From: Octopus sinensis
Taxonomy: Eukaryota
DNA length: 22,965 nt
Direction: 5' to 3'
Assembly: GCF_006345805.1 (NCBI RefSeq)
Contig: NW_021836598.1
Coordinates: 1-22,965 of the forward strand
This document shows, in pieces, positions 20,741-22,965 of the stretch. Every line of letters begins with the position of its first letter. Positions within the stretch are counted from its first letter, which is position 1. The notes under the pieces were generated by a model, which did no database searches, was not told where the DNA came from, and saw nothing but the letters and a program-made list of their open reading frames with translations. A program made the position numbers and the translations under genes.

Positions 20741-21280
20741 AGAATAGTATAGATATAGATAAGTACTTAGGGAAAGGGAATGGGAAAAGGAGAGAAAAAG
20801 AAGGTAAAATGGCGAACGAAACAAGTGGAGATATGAGAGGCTGAAAGGAGATGGATGGCTTGCATGATGGAGTGGAGCAGGGTATGAGATGAGGGTGCAT
20901 ATATGCGTGTTTGTGTATATGTGGAAGTGGAGATGGATGGAGGTATTGTTGTTGATGGTGGTAGTGTTGGGTTGTGATAGTGGTGGCGGTGGTGGTGCTG
21001 GTAGTGGTGGTGGTGATAGTGGTATATATTTGAGGACTTAGATGGTTTGTATCGCGTTTTATGGGGGAGGGAATAAATGGGTTTTCAAGAGGAATAGTGG
21101 TAGGAGAATGAAAATGAGGAAGTGGTGCATCTGTAATGAATGAGTAATGAAGTAAAAAATATAAGCGGTGGGGGGTGGGGGGTAGGAATGGTTACAATCA
21201 GTATATGTGTGTGTGTGTTTATGAGTCTGTGTGTATGTGTGTGTGTGTGCGTGAGTGTATGTTTGTGTGTACTAGAGGGT

Positions 21281-22047
21281 GTTAGTTAGTTAGTTAATTT
21301 GGCTCAAAAGCAAATAGCAAGGCCATGTAGGGGGACATGGAGTTATGTACAGGGTGGTGTTCATGTAAAGAGTTCAGGCCACTTGAGGTCCAGGGAAGGC
21401 TTTGAACAAAGCGGTCGTCGGCATCTTCACCATCTCGTCTGGCAGCTTGGTCCATGGATCCGCAACCCGGACGGAGAAAGCTCCTCTCCTTCGATTGAGA
21501 TGAAATCGTCGCAGGTAGAGCTTTTCGGAATGACCCCTCAGCCGCCTCTGGAGCAGGAGTGAAGAACAGCTCTTTCGAGAGGTTACACTTTCCGTTTATG
21601 ATGTTGTGGGCGAGAATGAGATCACCGCGGCGGCGGCGTTTTCCTAGAGAATAAAGGTCGAGCGTCCTCAGCCTTTCTTCACAGGACAAATTTTTGAGAC
21701 CATGAACCATGCGGGTAGCCAGCTTCTGGACTCTTTCCAGATGCTGTATGTCTTTGAGGAGATTAGGAGAAGAGGCTTGAATCCCGTACTACAATATGGG
21801 TCTCACCAGCGTGACATAGAGTGGTAGGAATATGGCTGCTGTTAGCATTCCGAATGACCGTCGAATCAAGAACAGAATTCCGCGTGCTTTGTTGGCAGCA
21901 CGGACGCACTGGGCCGAAGGCGAAAAGGAGGAATCCACCAAGATACCCGGTCTTTACCTGATCGGTCCTCTCCAGCAGCAGACGACCGGCTCGAATCAAG
22001 TTGAGGTTGCAGGAGGAGAGCCACGGCAGATGACAGCACTTTAACAC
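21281..22047 (-). pseudogene. 5'-truncated CR1-clade LINE (C-terminal part of the ORF2 reverse transcriptase, 3' UTR, (TAAC)n tail)
   Basis: Across frames: KCCHL; GILVDSSFSPSAQCVRAANKARGILFLIRRSF; FLPLYVTLVRPIL*YG; LERVQKLATRMVHGLKNLSCEERLRTLDLYSL.KRRRRGDLI; LRGHSEKL; FSVRVADPWTKLP; FKA.LD. One stop and at least 3 frameshifts. 3' stem-loop ccatgt/acatgg (21323-21340); tail gttagttagttagttaa (21281-21297). Confidence 0.93.
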
Positions 22048-22107
22048 ATGTTTGAGTATGTGTATTATGTGTTCCCATGAGTGCGAATGCGATTGTAAGT
22101 ACTGTTC

Positions 22108-22216
22108 AGGTCACTGCTTGGAATCGAACTTGGAATCCTGGGTTAGTAGCCCGCGCTCTTACCACTACGCCATATGCCCATAGTCATATGGCGTAGTGGT
22201 TAAGAGCGCGGGCTAC
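22108..22216. mobile_element. Head-to-head tRNA-like sequences forming a 31/32-bp inverted repeat
   Basis: Minus strand 22179-22108 has A box tggcgtagtgg and B box agttcgattcc; the plus strand repeats the first 32 nt (22185-22216) after an 8-nt spacer. Confidence 0.85.
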
Positions 22217-22224
22217 AAGCAAAT

Positions 22225-22668
22225 ATTCTGCTCAATACCACATATTTGGTTGTCAGTTGCTTGGCCGTAACCGGTTGAGCATGTCCCTTAGAGGCTGACG
22301 ATATATGCATCTCTGATCATGAGCAGAAGTAGTGGGAGAGCACCATAGTCATGTGGTGAGAGGATTTTTTGGAGTCTGGATAATTCTCCTTTGAAAATAT
22401 GGGTATTTCGTTCAACATCCTTAAACAACCTTATTTAGGGACCTTTTGAGCGGGATGGGCTACACGACCTGAAAAAAATTCTGAGTTCCCACCTGCAAGG
22501 TCACGCACTGTTTATCTTGATGTGAGATCACCATGTTGCGCACATATGGTTGTGATGCATGTGCCTGGTGTACGCTTATCAGCCGGGTAATCATGACAGG
22601 TATACTGGGCTTCGTATATTCTACCTCAGTGTCACTTTGATGGCATGCACTGCTCACTCAATCACTCG

Positions 22669-22728
<60 letters not shown>

Positions 22729-22729
22729 G
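22225..22729 (+). mobile_element. Probable non-LTR retroelement 3' region ending in (TAA)n
   Basis: About 450 bp non-coding block ending abruptly in a long (AAT)n tail at 22671-22729. Family not assigned. Confidence 0.5.
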
Positions 22730-22859
22730 ACATAACACCAGGCACCCTTGGCATAACACCAACATGAACTTCTAACTTGTTGTCTCTTGAGGTCTCTGGG
22801 TGAGGCTAGGAGCCAACTTGAAAAAACGTAAAACAAAAGTCAAACATATAATAATGATG

Positions 22860-22918
<59 letters not shown>
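22730..22918 (+). mobile_element. Short LINE-type 3' UTR fragment with (TAA)n tail (possibly R4/Dong-like)
   Basis: About 120 bp block followed by a second (AAT)n tail. The clade guess is from memory only. Confidence 0.45.
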
Positions 22919-22965
22919 CCTTTCTACTAAAGGCACAAAGGCGGAAATTTGTGGGAAGGGGACTC
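22919..22965 (-). mobile_element. SINE family B 3' tail, cut by the window edge
   Basis: tttctactaaaggcacaaag..gaaattt matches ttctactctaggcacaaagctagaaattt at 13753. Confidence 0.8.

Noticed and set aside
22108-22179. Functional tRNA-Ser(ACT) gene
   Set aside because: The acceptor stem does not pair fully, there is no long variable arm, and it is embedded in an inverted repeat, so it is treated as tRNA-derived.
22295-22330. CTGACGA core-like motif
   Set aside because: Followed by gaag rather than GAAA, with no consistent stems.

Overview
Gene-poor, repeat-saturated animal DNA. The SINE families and the extreme microsatellite load look like an Octopus genome (inferred from remembered family sequences, not from a search). 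No protein-coding exon can be confirmed, and almost all long ORFs in the track are microsatellite read-through. Supported content: (1) two hammerhead-ribozyme folds of the Penelope-like-element/retrozyme kind, at 469-542 (+) and 4502-4541 (-, minimal, CUGUUGA core variant); (2) a non-autonomous Helitron (1380-1883); (3) more than 20 SINE copies or fragments in four families, including dimers, nested insertions with target-site duplications, a 41-bp fold-back hairpin inside one copy and a perfect 70-bp inverted match between two copies; (4) a decayed R2-superfamily (HERO/NeSL-like) LINE, with CCHC knuckle and restriction-like endonuclease, split by a tRNA-SINE at its PD motif; (5) a 5'-truncated dead CR1 LINE; (6) a head-to-head tRNA-like hairpin; (7) stacked LINE-type 3' ends with (TAA)n tails. 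The ribozyme motifs and the fold-back/dsRNA structures are the most interesting signals.
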